Shown: positions 36,250 through 45,198 of the stretch, one piece after another
Position numbering within the stretch: the stretch's first letter is position 1
How the letters are laid out: each line of letters starts with the position of its first letter
Assembly: GCA_017428635.1 (NCBI GenBank)
Contig: JAFRQK010000027.1
Coordinates: forward strand, 6,748 to 70,747
DNA from: Clostridia bacterium
Lineage (GTDB): Bacteria; Bacillota; Clostridia; Oscillospirales; CAG-272
Length of the DNA stretch: 64,000 bases
Direction of reading: 5' to 3'
Translations under genes and position numbers: made by a program
The notes under the pieces: generated by a model
What the model saw: the letters and a program-made list of their open reading frames with translations, nothing else
Told to the model about the DNA's origin: nothing
Database searches by the model: none

Positions 36250-37166
36250 ACCGGATCACCGCCTTCCTCGAAAAATAGCGTCGTTTTTTTGCCGTCCTCT
36301 CCGGCTTGTGCGCCGGGGAATATCGCCGTCGCCTCGGAAATGAATACCGAGGGGTCGGGAACGGACGGTGAGAAGTGCGTCAGCCAGAGGGCGGACACTC
36401 CGCCGTCTTTCGCAATTTTTGCCGCTTCCGCCATCGTCATGTGCATCGCCTTTTCGGCCCGCTCGGTCTTGTCTTCTCCGAACATGCCCTCCGCGATCAG
36501 AAGATCGGAGCCCTTTACCGCTTCCGCCATACCGGGCAGCGGCCGTGTGTCGACGAGATAAGACACGGAGAGGCCTTTTCTCTCGGGTCCGAGGACGAGA
36601 TCGGGGGTGAGGATCCGTCCGTCTTCCTCGATCGTCTCGCCGTGCTGCAGCCGGTTCCAGTATTTCAGCGGGATCCCGTTCTCGCGCGCTCTTTCGGGAT
36701 CGAACTTCCCGGCGCGCGGGATATCGAACCGGTATCCGAGGCACGGACATCTGTGGCTCGCTTCGAAAGCGGTCACCTCAAAACCGTCGCGGGAGAATTT
36801 TCCGCCCGCGTGGGGCAGCTCGAGTATTTCGACTTCGAAGGGAAGACCGGGCGCCACGACGCATAGAGCGTGAACGACGCGCGCGATCCCGCGCGGCCCG
36901 GCGATCAGGACGGGTTCCTCACGCCCCTCGTTCCCCATGGAGAGGAGAAAACCGGGCAGACCGCTGACGTGATCGGCGTGAAAATGCGTGATGAGGATGA
37001 CGCCGACCGATTTGAACGCGAATCCGGCTTCTTTCATAGCGAGCTGAGTTCCCTCGCCGCAGTCGAGCACGACGGACTTTCCCTCAAAACGAAGGATCGC
37101 CGACGAGAGCCATCTGTCGGGTTTGGGCATCGATCCGCCGCATCCCATAAGACATACGTCAAGCAT
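36246..37166 (-). CDS. rnz: Ribonuclease Z
   Basis: Metallo-beta-lactamase motif THFHADHVSGLPG. N-terminal LGCGGSMP. 306 aa. 4-nt overlap with cca. Confidence 0.9.
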   Translation of the reverse strand: MLDVCLMGCGGSMPKPDRWLSSAILRFEGKSVVLDCGEGTQLAMKEAGFAFKSVGVILITHFHADHVSGLPGFLLSMGNEGREEPVLIAGPRGIARVVHALCVVAPGLPFEVEILELPHAGGKFSRDGFEVTAFEASHRCPCLGYRFDIPRAGKFDPERARENGIPLKYWNRLQHGETIEEDGRILTPDLVLGPERKGLSVSYLVDTRPLPGMAEAVKGSDLLIAEGMFGEDKTERAEKAMHMTMAEAAKIAKDGGVSALWLTHFSPSVPDPSVFISEATAIFPGAQAGEDGKKTTLFFEEGGDPV

Positions 37167-37290
37167 CTTTTTTCTCCTTTCCCTCGGTTTTTTATCACGG
37201 GAAATAGTTTACAACAATAATGTGAACGAATTGTTAACCCGAATTTTCTTTCATATTTTCTTAAAATAAGAAAAAAATTGAAAAAAACTA

Positions 37291-37319
37291 TTGCATTCCC
37301 CGGAAAGATGTGTTATACT
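37291..37319 (+). promoter_or_regulatory. Promoter of the rimP-nusA-infB operon (TTGCAT-17 nt-TATACT, with a TGn extension)
   Basis: -35 at 37291-37296 and -10 at 37314-37319, preceded by TGT. Confidence 0.6.
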
Positions 37320-37339
37320 TGCGCCGAACGATGAGGTAG

Positions 37340-37375
37340 AAGAGAGTGGGCTGACGGTCCACTCTCTTATTTGTG
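37340..37375 (+). promoter_or_regulatory. Leader hairpin + U-rich tail (candidate attenuator) in the nusA operon 5' UTR
   Basis: AAGAGAGTGG (37340-37349) pairs perfectly with CCACTCTCTT (37359-37368), followed by ATTTGTG. A second small hairpin, GGTAAC-GGGT-GTTACC, follows. Confidence 0.45.
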
Positions 37376-37415
37376 AAACTACGGTAACGGGTGTTACCTG
37401 ACAGGAGGTGATCGG

Positions 37416-37886
37416 ATGGCGACCGGAAAGAAAAGCGGTATCGCGGATAAGGTCAGAGAGATAGCGAAGCCCGTCGCGGATTCGCTGGGCCTTCTCCTCT
37501 GGGACGTCGAGTACGTCAAGGAGGGCGCGGATATGTATCTGCGGATCACCGTCGACAAGGACGGCGGTCTGACGATCGACGACTGCGAGGGTTTCCACCG
37601 CGCCGTGGAGCCGCTGATCGACGAGGCGGATCCCATCGAAGGGGCGTATTACCTCGAGTGCTCGTCCCCCGGCGTCGAGCGGACGCTCACCCGCGACGAA
37701 CATTTCGCGGCGATGCTCGGCTCGGAGGTCGAGGTCCGTCTGTTCGCTCCCGTCGACGGTAAAAAGGTCTTTACCGGCGCGCTCGTGTCGGGCGACCGGG
37801 ACGGCGTCGTCATTGAAGCGGGGGGAGAACGGAAATCGTTCGACCGCGCCGCGGTATCGAAAGTGTCAACGATCTATCACTGGTAA
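37416..37886 (+). CDS. rimP: Ribosome maturation factor RimP
   Basis: 156 aa. LLLWDVEYVKEGADMYLRITVDKDGGLTIDDCEGFHRAVEPLID...LECSSPGVERTL. Upstream of nusA. Confidence 0.9.
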   Translation: MATGKKSGIADKVREIAKPVADSLGLLLWDVEYVKEGADMYLRITVDKDGGLTIDDCEGFHRAVEPLIDEADPIEGAYYLECSSPGVERTLTRDEHFAAMLGSEVEVRLFAPVDGKKVFTGALVSGDRDGVVIEAGGERKSFDRAAVSKVSTIYHW

Positions 37887-37916
37887 CCAGAATATTTTGA
37901 AAGCGAGAAAATCATC

Positions 37917-38948
37917 ATGAACGCAGAACTCTTTGAAGCCCTTGAACTGCTCCAGAAGACGAAGGGCATCCCCGTTGACTATATGCTTGAAAAAGTGGAG
38001 GCGGCTCTGATCTCCGCATATAAAAAAGAGGAGGGCTCGACCGCCGTCCGCGTTGCGATCAACCGCGAAAAGCGCGACCTCAAGGTCTACTCTCAGAGAA
38101 CGGTCGTCGAGGAAGTTACCGATCCGCGCTCGGAGATCTCTCTCGAGGACGCGAAGAGCATCAGCCGCAGATACACGCTCGGCTCCGTCGTTGAAAAAGA
38201 AGTCAAGACGAAGAACTTCGGGCGCATTTCCGCTCAGATCGCAAAGCAGGTCATCGTGCAGGGAATAAGAGAGGCGGAAAAGAGCAACATTATCCGTGAC
38301 TACGAGAAGAAGCGCGAAGAGGTCATCTCCGCCGTCGTCGTCAAGCGCGACGACAACACCGGCGACGTCGTCGTCGACACGGGGACGAGCAACGCGCTTC
38401 TGCCCAAGAACGAGCAGATCCCGGGAGAGGATCTCTACGTGGGCGACCGCGTAAAGGTCTTCGTCTCCGAGGTCAGACGCGAAGGGGAAAAGGGACCGAT
38501 CGTCACGATCTCCCGCACCCACCCCGGCCTTCTCAAACGCCTTTTCGAGACGCAGATCCCCGAGATCGAGGACGGCGTCGTGATCGTGAAGGGAATAGCC
38601 CGCGAGGCGGGTTCCCGCACAAAGATCGCGGTCCTGTCCCGCGACGAGGACGTCGACCCCGTCGGCGCCTGCATCGGAAACAGGGGAATGAGGATCGCCG
38701 ATATCGTCGAGGAACTGCACGGAGAGAAGATCGACGTCATAGAATATTCCGAGAACGCCGAGGCGTATATCGCCGCCGCTCTCTCGCCCGCCAAAGTCAA
38801 GGTGGTCGAGTTTGACGGAGAGCGCTCCGCGAAAGTCATCGTCGACGGAGATCAGCTCTCGCTGGCGATCGGCAAGGAGGGACAGAACGTCCGCCTCGCC
38901 GCCAAACTTACCGGGTACAAGATAGACATCAAAGGCCCGAGAACGTAA
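37917..38948 (+). CDS. nusA: Transcription termination/antitermination factor NusA
   Basis: 343 aa. N-terminal domain, S1 and two KH domains (GACIGNRGMRIADIVEELHGEKIDVI; AIGKEGQNVRLAAKLTGYKIDI). Confidence 0.95.
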   Translation: MNAELFEALELLQKTKGIPVDYMLEKVEAALISAYKKEEGSTAVRVAINREKRDLKVYSQRTVVEEVTDPRSEISLEDAKSISRRYTLGSVVEKEVKTKNFGRISAQIAKQVIVQGIREAEKSNIIRDYEKKREEVISAVVVKRDDNTGDVVVDTGTSNALLPKNEQIPGEDLYVGDRVKVFVSEVRREGEKGPIVTISRTHPGLLKRLFETQIPEIEDGVVIVKGIAREAGSRTKIAVLSRDEDVDPVGACIGNRGMRIADIVEELHGEKIDVIEYSENAEAYIAAALSPAKVKVVEFDGERSAKVIVDGDQLSLAIGKEGQNVRLAAKLTGYKIDIKGPRT

Positions 38949-38956
38949 GGATCAGG

Positions 38957-39259
38957 ATGAAGAACAGCGCACAGAAGCCGAGAAAGATACCCGAAAGACG
39001 GTGCACCGGATGCGGCGGCACGTTCCCGAAAAAGGAATTGGTCCGCGTAGTCCGTTCCCCTGAAGGGGACGTGTCCCTCGATTTCACGGGAAAGAAATCG
39101 GGGCGCGGCGCGTACGTCTGTCCGAAACTCGATTGTCTCAAAAAGGCGAGAAAAGCGGGCAGGATATCGAAATCTCTCGAATGCGCAATCGCTCCCGAGG
39201 TCTACGAGGCGCTCGAGGAGGAGATCGCGCTCATGGAAAAGGAGAGGGCGGAGGACTGA
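38957..39259 (+). CDS. ylxR: YlxR/RnpM (DUF448) RNA-binding protein
   Basis: RRCTGCGGTFPKKELVRVV...GRGAYVC motif. Conserved position between nusA and infB. Confidence 0.85.
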   Translation: MKNSAQKPRKIPERRCTGCGGTFPKKELVRVVRSPEGDVSLDFTGKKSGRGAYVCPKLDCLKKARKAGRISKSLECAIAPEVYEALEEEIALMEKERAED

Positions 39260-39275
39260 GCCTTCCGCGATTTCT

Positions 39276-39614
39276 ATGACCGTAACGGAAAAAACGTTTG
39301 CCGCAGCTCTGCCTACGCTTTTGCTCTGCCGTAAGGCGGGAGCGGTCACGGCGGGCGTCGGCGCGACGCTCGACGCGGTGAGGCGTGACGGCGGGAGACC
39401 CGCCGCCGTGATCCTCGCATCCGACGCGTCGGAAAGAACGAAAAAACAGATCAGGGACAAATGCGCGTTTTACGGCGTCGATCTCTTCGAGATCCCCGCG
39501 CCGTCTGACGAGCTCGGGCGGTTTTTAGGCAAGAGTTCGCTCTGCGCCGCCGCGGCGATAGGGAAGCGCGGTCCGCACGCGGCTCTGGTCGAAAAACTCA
39601 AAAACGGCAGATAA
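39276..39614 (+). CDS. ylxQ: L7Ae/YlxQ-family RNA-binding protein
   Basis: 112 aa. L7Ae-like core KAGAVTAGVGATLDAVRRDGGRPAAVILASDASERTKKQI. Conserved position upstream of infB. Confidence 0.75.
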   Translation: MTVTEKTFAAALPTLLLCRKAGAVTAGVGATLDAVRRDGGRPAAVILASDASERTKKQIRDKCAFYGVDLFEIPAPSDELGRFLGKSSLCAAAAIGKRGPHAALVEKLKNGR

Positions 39615-39669
39615 CGGTTCACACCGTGCCTATATATTTACCTTATAATTTGAAGGGACAGGTGACTTT

Positions 39670-42294
39670 ATGGCAGCAAAAACGGCGCCGATGTTCAAAA
39701 TAGGTCAGATGGCGAAAGATCTCGGAATGAAAACGAAGGATCTTTGCGCGTCGCTGGAGGAGTACGGCATTCCGGATAAGACCGCAAACGCGGCTCTCAC
39801 CGACGACGAATTCAATCTGTTTTTTGAGCGTATCACCGCGGCGAACCAGATAAAGGACATAGACGGATATATGGCGGGCAAGACCGCCATCCGTACGCCC
39901 GAGGTGATGAGAGCGGCAGCCGAGCGCGAGGAAGCGGAAAGGCTGAAACGCGAAAAAGAGGAAGCGGAAAAGAAAGAGGCTGAACGTCTCGCCAAGGAGA
40001 AAGCCGCCGCGGAGAAAGCCGCGAAGGCGAAGGCGGAAGAAGAGCGCAAGGCGAAAGAACGCGCCGAGCAGGCGGAGAAGCGCGCGCAGAAGCGCGCCGA
40101 GATGAACTCCGCCGAGAGACGGCAGAGCATGCTCGAAGCCGGCAAGAAGCTCGACAGCAAGATCGCGCGCCAGACCGGTCAGACCGCAGCTCCGAAGCCC
40201 GAGGGACAGCCCCGCCGCGACGGCAGGGGACCCGCGAAGAGAGGCGGAGGAGATTCTTTCGACAGAGCTCCGATCAAACCGGCTCCGAAGCCCGTCATCG
40301 AACAGGGCGTCGAGAAGAAACGCACCGGCAACGTTCGCGTCGTCGACACGAGGACGTCGTCCGTCAACCTCTCGAAGTACGACGAAAAACTCGACAGGTT
40401 CGTCTCCGACAAATCCGTCGACAATCAGAGCACGAAACAGAAGCTCAAAAAGCAGAACAACCGCGACAGGTACGGCAAGAAGAGCGAGAAGGAACGCCGT
40501 GCCATCGAGCGGATGAACAGAGAGAACATAGAAAAGGCGAAGAAAAAGCCGCTTGAAGTTCTCATTCCCGACGAGATCACCGTGACGGAACTCGCTCAGC
40601 GTCTTAAAGTAACGGCGAGCGAGGTCATCAAACGCCTTATGATGATGGGCGTTATCGCGACGGTCAACCAGGAGATCGACTTCGATACCGCGTTCCTCGT
40701 AGCCGACGAACTCGGCGCGAAGGTCACCCACGAGGTCAAGGTCACTATCGAGGAAAGACTGTTCGACGACGCCGAGGACGAAGAGGAAAAACTCGAGCCC
40801 CGCGCTCCCGTCGTCTGCGTCATGGGTCACGTCGACCACGGTAAAACGTCGATCCTCGACGCGATCAGAAACGCTCACGTCACCGACACCGAGGCTGGCG
40901 GCATTACCCAGCACATCGGCGCGTACAGAGTAAACCTCGACGGACGCGAGATCACGTTCCTCGACACTCCCGGTCACGAGGCGTTCACCGCGATGCGCGC
41001 GAGAGGCGCGAAATCGACCGATATCGCTATCCTCGTCGTCGCCGCGGACGACGGCATCATGCCGCAGACCGTTGAGGCGATCAACCACGCCAAGGCGGCG
41101 GGCGTCGATATCGTCGTTGCGATCAACAAGATGGATAAGCCCGGCGCCGATCCCGAAAAGATCAAAGCCGACCTTACCAAATACGAGCTCGTCCCCGAGG
41201 AGTGGGGCGGCGACGTCATGTGCGTGCCCGTCTCCGCGAAGACGAGAGAAGGGCTCGACAACCTCCTCGAGAGCGTTCTGCTCGTCGCGGAGATGAAAGA
41301 GCTCAAGGCGAATCCGAACAGACGCGCGAAGGGTCTCGTCATTGAGGCGAAACTCGACCGCGGCCGCGGTCCGGTCGCCACCGTCCTCGTCCAGAACGGT
41401 ACGCTCAAAGCGGGCGACATCGTCATAGCCGGAACGTCCGTCGGTCACGTCAGGGCTATGTCGGACGACAGAGGCCGTCCCGTCGAACAGGCCGGTCCGT
41501 CCGTTCCCGTCGAGATCATCGGTCTTTCCGAGGTCCCGCTCTCCGGCGACGAATTCCGCGCCGTTGAGGACGAGAGAATGGCAAGAGAACTTGCCGATCA
41601 GAGAAGATCGAGCGCGAAAGAAGAACAGTTCAAGATCAACGCGCGCGTCAATCTCGACGATCTGTTCTCGCAGATCTCCGAGGGCGTCAAGGAACTTGCG
41701 ATCATCGTCAAGGCGGACGTCGTCGGTTCCGCTGAAGCCGTCAAGGCGTCGCTCGAGAGGATCTCGAACGAGGAAGTCAAGGTTCGCGTCATTCACAGCG
41801 CGGTCGGCGGCATAACGGAGAACGACGTTATGTTCGCAGCCGCTGCGAACGCGATCATCGTCGGATTCAACGTCCGTCCGGATAAGGGCGCGATAGACTC
41901 CGCGGAGAGACAGGGCGTCGATATCCGCACGTACAGGATCATCTACGAGTGCATCGAGGAGATCGAGGCGGCCATGAAGGGCATGCTCGCTCCGAAGTAC
42001 CGCGAGGTCGTTATCGGTCACGCGGAAGTCCGCCAGACGATCAAGGTCCCGAACGTCGGCGTCATCGCCGGTTCGTACGTTCAGGACGGCGACGTGAGAA
42101 GATCGGCGCAGATCAGGGTCGTCCGCGACGGCATCGTGATCTCCGAGGACAAGATCTCGTCGCTCCGCCGCTTCAAGGACGACGTCCGAGAGGTCGCCGC
42201 CGGTTACGAATGCGGTATCGGTCTCGAGAAGACGACCGATATAAAAGTCGGGGATATTTACGAAGCGTTCGTTATGGAAGAAATAGAGAGATAA
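39670..42294 (+). CDS. infB: Translation initiation factor IF-2
   Basis: 874 aa. Lys/Glu/Ala-rich N-terminus. G-domain motifs [19 protein letters not shown]-terminal IF-2 domains. Confidence 0.97.
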   Translation: MAAKTAPMFKIGQMAKDLGMKTKDLCASLEEYGIPDKTANAALTDDEFNLFFERITAANQIKDIDGYMAGKTAIRTPEVMRAAAEREEAERLKREKEEAEKKEAERLAKEKAAAEKAAKAKAEEERKAKERAEQAEKRAQKRAEMNSAERRQSMLEAGKKLDSKIARQTGQTAAPKPEGQPRRDGRGPAKRGGGDSFDRAPIKPAPKPVIEQGVEKKRTGNVRVVDTRTSSVNLSKYDEKLDRFVSDKSVDNQSTKQKLKKQNNRDRYGKKSEKERRAIERMNRENIEKAKKKPLEVLIPDEITVTELAQRLKVTASEVIKRLMMMGVIATVNQEIDFDTAFLVADELGAKVTHEVKVTIEERLFDDAEDEEEKLEPRAPVVCVMGHVDHGKTSILDAIRNAHVTDTEAGGITQHIGAYRVNLDGREITFLDTPGHEAFTAMRARGAKSTDIAILVVAADDGIMPQTVEAINHAKAAGVDIVVAINKMDKPGADPEKIKADLTKYELVPEEWGGDVMCVPVSAKTREGLDNLLESVLLVAEMKELKANPNRRAKGLVIEAKLDRGRGPVATVLVQNGTLKAGDIVIAGTSVGHVRAMSDDRGRPVEQAGPSVPVEIIGLSEVPLSGDEFRAVEDERMARELADQRRSSAKEEQFKINARVNLDDLFSQISEGVKELAIIVKADVVGSAEAVKASLERISNEEVKVRVIHSAVGGITENDVMFAAAANAIIVGFNVRPDKGAIDSAERQGVDIRTYRIIYECIEEIEAAMKGMLAPKYREVVIGHAEVRQTIKVPNVGVIAGSYVQDGDVRRSAQIRVVRDGIVISEDKISSLRRFKDDVREVAAGYECGIGLEKTTDIKVGDIYEAFVMEEIER

Positions 42295-42297
42295 GCG

Positions 42298-42333
42298 ATT
42301 CGGGTGTTCGGCAGAACACCCGAATTATTTATT
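42298..42333 (+). terminator. Rho-independent terminator after infB
   Basis: Perfect 12-bp stem ATTCGGGTGTTC-GGCA-GAACACCCGAAT, then TATTTATT. Confidence 0.8.
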
Positions 42334-42351
42334 AAAAAGTGTTTTGTTTTA

Positions 42352-42380
42352 TTGACATTGTATAAGACCTATGATAGAAT
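42352..42380 (+). promoter_or_regulatory. Promoter (TTGACA-17 nt-TAGAAT, with a TGn extension)
   Basis: -35 at 42352-42357 and -10 at 42375-42380, preceded by TGA. Confidence 0.65.
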
Positions 42381-42422
42381 AAAACACAGGAAACCCCGCA
42401 AAAAAATAAAATGGAGGAGAAA

Positions 42423-45062
42423 ATGAAAAGGTTTCTAAGCATTCTCTTGGCGACGGTGATGTTCTTATCACTGTTTGCCACAATCACGTTCGCCGAAGGC
42501 GAATCGCTGGAAGACATAATCGACGATAAGATCGATGAGCTTTGCTGCTTCTCACACGGCAAACTCGATCTCGTATTCGGTACGAGCGGCACGGTCTGCC
42601 CCGAGGATCTGACCGGCACGGAGCCCGGCACAAGAGGGCTCGAAGTTACGCTGAGCGAGATCTTCGGATACCCGGCAACGATGGAAAACGCCGATCTTCT
42701 CGCCGTCAGGGCCGCATACAGCGGGCTCGGCAACGGCCAGACCGCATGGCCCGAAGCGACTGTTACTTTCTCGGATCCCGAGAGCGACGAAGAGTATGAA
42801 GTCGATATCGATCTGGCTATGTATAAGAGCGTGACCGGCTCGTACTGCGGCGCGATCACGGACAAAGGATTCCTCGGCATTTGCCCTGAAGACTGGCCGG
42901 CAAACGCCAAAGCCGGATTGAAGGCGATAGCGGCCCGCCCGGCATCGCTGTTCGGCGACCCCGGACTGATCGACGACGACCAGGTTTTCGAGCTCCCCGG
43001 CGAAGAGATCACGGCGGCTGCGGTCGAGGCATGGTACCGCGACCTCACGAAGCTCGGCGACGGATGGACTTTCTACTGCTCCGATCTTAAAGCGGCCGCA
43101 AGCCAGGCGGTGAGCGTCGCTCTTATCAATCACGACATAGACGGCAGAACGGCGATCGTTTCCTGCAGCCCGACGCTTGAGGTAGAACCGCTGGAATACA
43201 AGATCGACGACAAGCTTGACGAACTCGTTTGTTTCGCGCACGGCAAACTCGACATCATATTCGGAGAATCCAAAAAGATAACTCCCGAGTCTCTCGGCGC
43301 CATTCTGACCGAACTCTTCGGATATCCGGCGACCGTCGAGCAGAGCGAGGTCGACAGAATCAAAGCTACGTACGGCGGGCTCGGCGGCGGTCAGACCGCG
43401 TGGGTCGACGGCGTTGAAGTGACCTTCTCGAAACCCGCTACCGGCGAGGAATACGATACGGAGATCGATCTGTCGGTCTTCAAGTCCCTGTACGGCCAGC
43501 ACGCTGGCGCTCTCGACGAAGAGCATCCCGCATACTACGGCACCTGCCCCGACGACTGGCCGGCGGCCGCAAAAGCGGCTATGACCAAAGTCAGCTCCTG
43601 GGACGACGAAACCAAGATACTGATGGAGGGCGTCAAGGTCTACACTCTCGAATCCGTTGAAGCGTGGTACCGCGAGGTGACGGGTCTCGGCGAAGGCTGG
43701 ACGTTCTGCTGCAACTGGTTCGACGCTACCAAGGCGTTCACCGGCAACGAGGTCGCCCTCGCGCTTATGAACAACGACGTGAACGGCGAAGGCAGGACGA
43801 TGATCGTCGCCTGCGGACCGGTGATCCACATTGCTGAACCTACCGCATCCCTGGAAGACGAAATCGATGAATTGTATGACAAACTTGTGTGCGTCGCACA
43901 CGGCAAACTCGACATCGTATGCGGTACGAGTTCAACGATCTACGATCCCGATAACGGTACGAGAGGTCTTGAGACCGCGCTGACCGAGATATTCGGATAT
44001 CCGGCAACGATGAGCGATGAAGATCTTCTCTACGTCAAGGAAGATTATCAGGGGCTCGGCGACGGTCAGACCGCATGGCCCGCGGCTGTAACCGTTACTT
44101 TCTCGAATCCCAATTCGAGCGAAACGTATGATCTTGAAGTGGATCTTTCCCTGTACAAATCGGTTGGCGGTTCGTACTGCGGCGCTATCGTTGACCACGG
44201 TTTCCTCGGCGCATGCCCCGACGACTGGTCGAGTGAAGCAAAGGCCGCTAAAGCGTCGGTCAATAATGCGACTGCCACCGCTCCCGATCTGTGGGACGAC
44301 GACGACGTGTTCGTGATCCCGGGCGAAGAGTACACGCCTGCCGCGATCGAATCGTGGCTGCGCGGCGTTACCAAGCTCGGAGACGCATGGACGTTCTATA
44401 TCAACGGTTTTAACGCCGACGAAGCGTACACCGGAAACACCGTAAGTCTCGGTCTTGTAAACAAAGACTTCGAAGGCAAGGGCAGAATGATCTCCATCAC
44501 CTGCGGACCGACGCTCAAGATCGAACAGAAGCCGACGGTCTCGTTCGTCGACGTTCCCGAGGGTGAGTACTACTACGACGCGGTCGCATGGGCGGTCGCC
44601 AACAACATCACCAACGGTACGGACGCTACGCACTTCTCACCGAAGGCGGGATGCACCCGCGCTCAGGTCGTGACCTTCCTCTGGAGGTCGGCGGGCGAAC
44701 CCGAACCGACGACGAAGAAGAACCCCTTCGAGGACGTTGATTCCAATCAGTATTATTACAAAGCCGTTCTTTGGGCGGTCGAAAAAGGGATCACCAACGG
44801 TACGGATAAGGCGCACTTCTCACCGAAGTCCACCTGCACGAGAGGACAGATCGTAACGTTCCTCTACAGATGGAAAGGCTCGCCTAAGGTCGAGGGCGCA
44901 AAGAACCCGTTCGAAGACGTTAAGAGCGGAGATTTCTTCTACGACGCGGTCCTCTGGGCGGTCGCCAACGGGATCACCACCGGTAAGAATGCGACGCACT
45001 TCGCTCCGAAGGACACCTGCACGAGAGCTCAGGTCGTGACCTTCATGTATCGCGGCAAATAA
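42423..45062 (+). CDS. Secreted protein with three tandem ~220-aa repeats of an unrecognised Cys-containing domain + three C-terminal SLH-like repeats
   Basis: ATG 42423 lies 5 nt after GGAGG. Signal peptide MKRFLSILLATVMFLSLFATITFA. Repeats start LEDIIDDKIDELCCFSHGKLD / LEYKIDDKLDELVCFAHGKLD / LEDEIDELYDKLVCVAHGKLD. C-terminal FVDVPEGEYYYDAVAWAVANNITNGT..FSPKAGCTRAQVVTFLWR, x3. Confidence 0.7.
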   Translation: MKRFLSILLATVMFLSLFATITFAEGESLEDIIDDKIDELCCFSHGKLDLVFGTSGTVCPEDLTGTEPGTRGLEVTLSEIFGYPATMENADLLAVRAAYSGLGNGQTAWPEATVTFSDPESDEEYEVDIDLAMYKSVTGSYCGAITDKGFLGICPEDWPANAKAGLKAIAARPASLFGDPGLIDDDQVFELPGEEITAAAVEAWYRDLTKLGDGWTFYCSDLKAAASQAVSVALINHDIDGRTAIVSCSPTLEVEPLEYKIDDKLDELVCFAHGKLDIIFGESKKITPESLGAILTELFGYPATVEQSEVDRIKATYGGLGGGQTAWVDGVEVTFSKPATGEEYDTEIDLSVFKSLYGQHAGALDEEHPAYYGTCPDDWPAAAKAAMTKVSSWDDETKILMEGVKVYTLESVEAWYREVTGLGEGWTFCCNWFDATKAFTGNEVALALMNNDVNGEGRTMIVACGPVIHIAEPTASLEDEIDELYDKLVCVAHGKLDIVCGTSSTIYDPDNGTRGLETALTEIFGYPATMSDEDLLYVKEDYQGLGDGQTAWPAAVTVTFSNPNSSETYDLEVDLSLYKSVGGSYCGAIVDHGFLGACPDDWSSEAKAAKASVNNATATAPDLWDDDDVFVIPGEEYTPAAIESWLRGVTKLGDAWTFYINGFNADEAYTGNTVSLGLVNKDFEGKGRMISITCGPTLKIEQKPTVSFVDVPEGEYYYDAVAWAVANNITNGTDATHFSPKAGCTRAQVVTFLWRSAGEPEPTTKKNPFEDVDSNQYYYKAVLWAVEKGITNGTDKAHFSPKSTCTRGQIVTFLYRWKGSPKVEGAKNPFEDVKSGDFFYDAVLWAVANGITTGKNATHFAPKDTCTRAQVVTFMYRGK
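42507..44526 (+). repeat. Three tandem coding repeats (~660-690 bp each: ~42507-43190, 43191-43850, 43851-44526)
   Basis: Protein-level self-similarity read from the translation (conserved FGYPATM/V, GLG.GQTAW, CP.DWP, EAWYR..T.LG.GWTF). Confidence 0.7.
44577..45049 (+). repeat. SLH-coding repeat, copy A (near-identical to 46531-47003)
   Basis: Manual alignment of A with B gives about 16 mismatches in 473 bp. The last ~190 bp differ at a single base. Confidence 0.85.
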
Positions 45063-45088
45063 TCCGGTTCTGAAAGAACAATAAAAAA

Positions 45089-45125
45089 GGGGACGGTCCT
45101 CAGGGACCGTCCCCTTTCTCCATTT
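45089..45125 (+). terminator. Rho-independent terminator
   Basis: GGGGACGGTCC-TCAG-GGACCGTCCCC, then TTTCTCCATTTT. Confidence 0.8.
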
Positions 45126-45127
45126 TG

Positions 45128-45156
45128 TTGACATAGAATAAACCTTGTGATAAAAT
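45128..45156 (+). promoter_or_regulatory. Promoter (TTGACA-17 nt-TAAAAT, with a TGn extension)
   Basis: -35 at 45128-45133 and -10 at 45151-45156, preceded by TGA. Confidence 0.65.
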
Positions 45157-45198
45157 GAAAAAAGAGACCCGACTGTTATATATTACTTGGAGGAAATC

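Noticed and set aside
39643-42021. 792-aa minus-strand ORF antisense to infB
   Set aside because: Same reasoning: a GC-rich antisense frame of a universally conserved gene, with no RBS and no recognisable motifs.
42344-42386. 8-bp inverted repeat GTTTTATT / AATAAAAC bracketing the promoter at 42352-42380 as an operator or second inverton
   Set aside because: It is too short and AT-rich to distinguish from chance in a promoter region, and no recombinase is adjacent.
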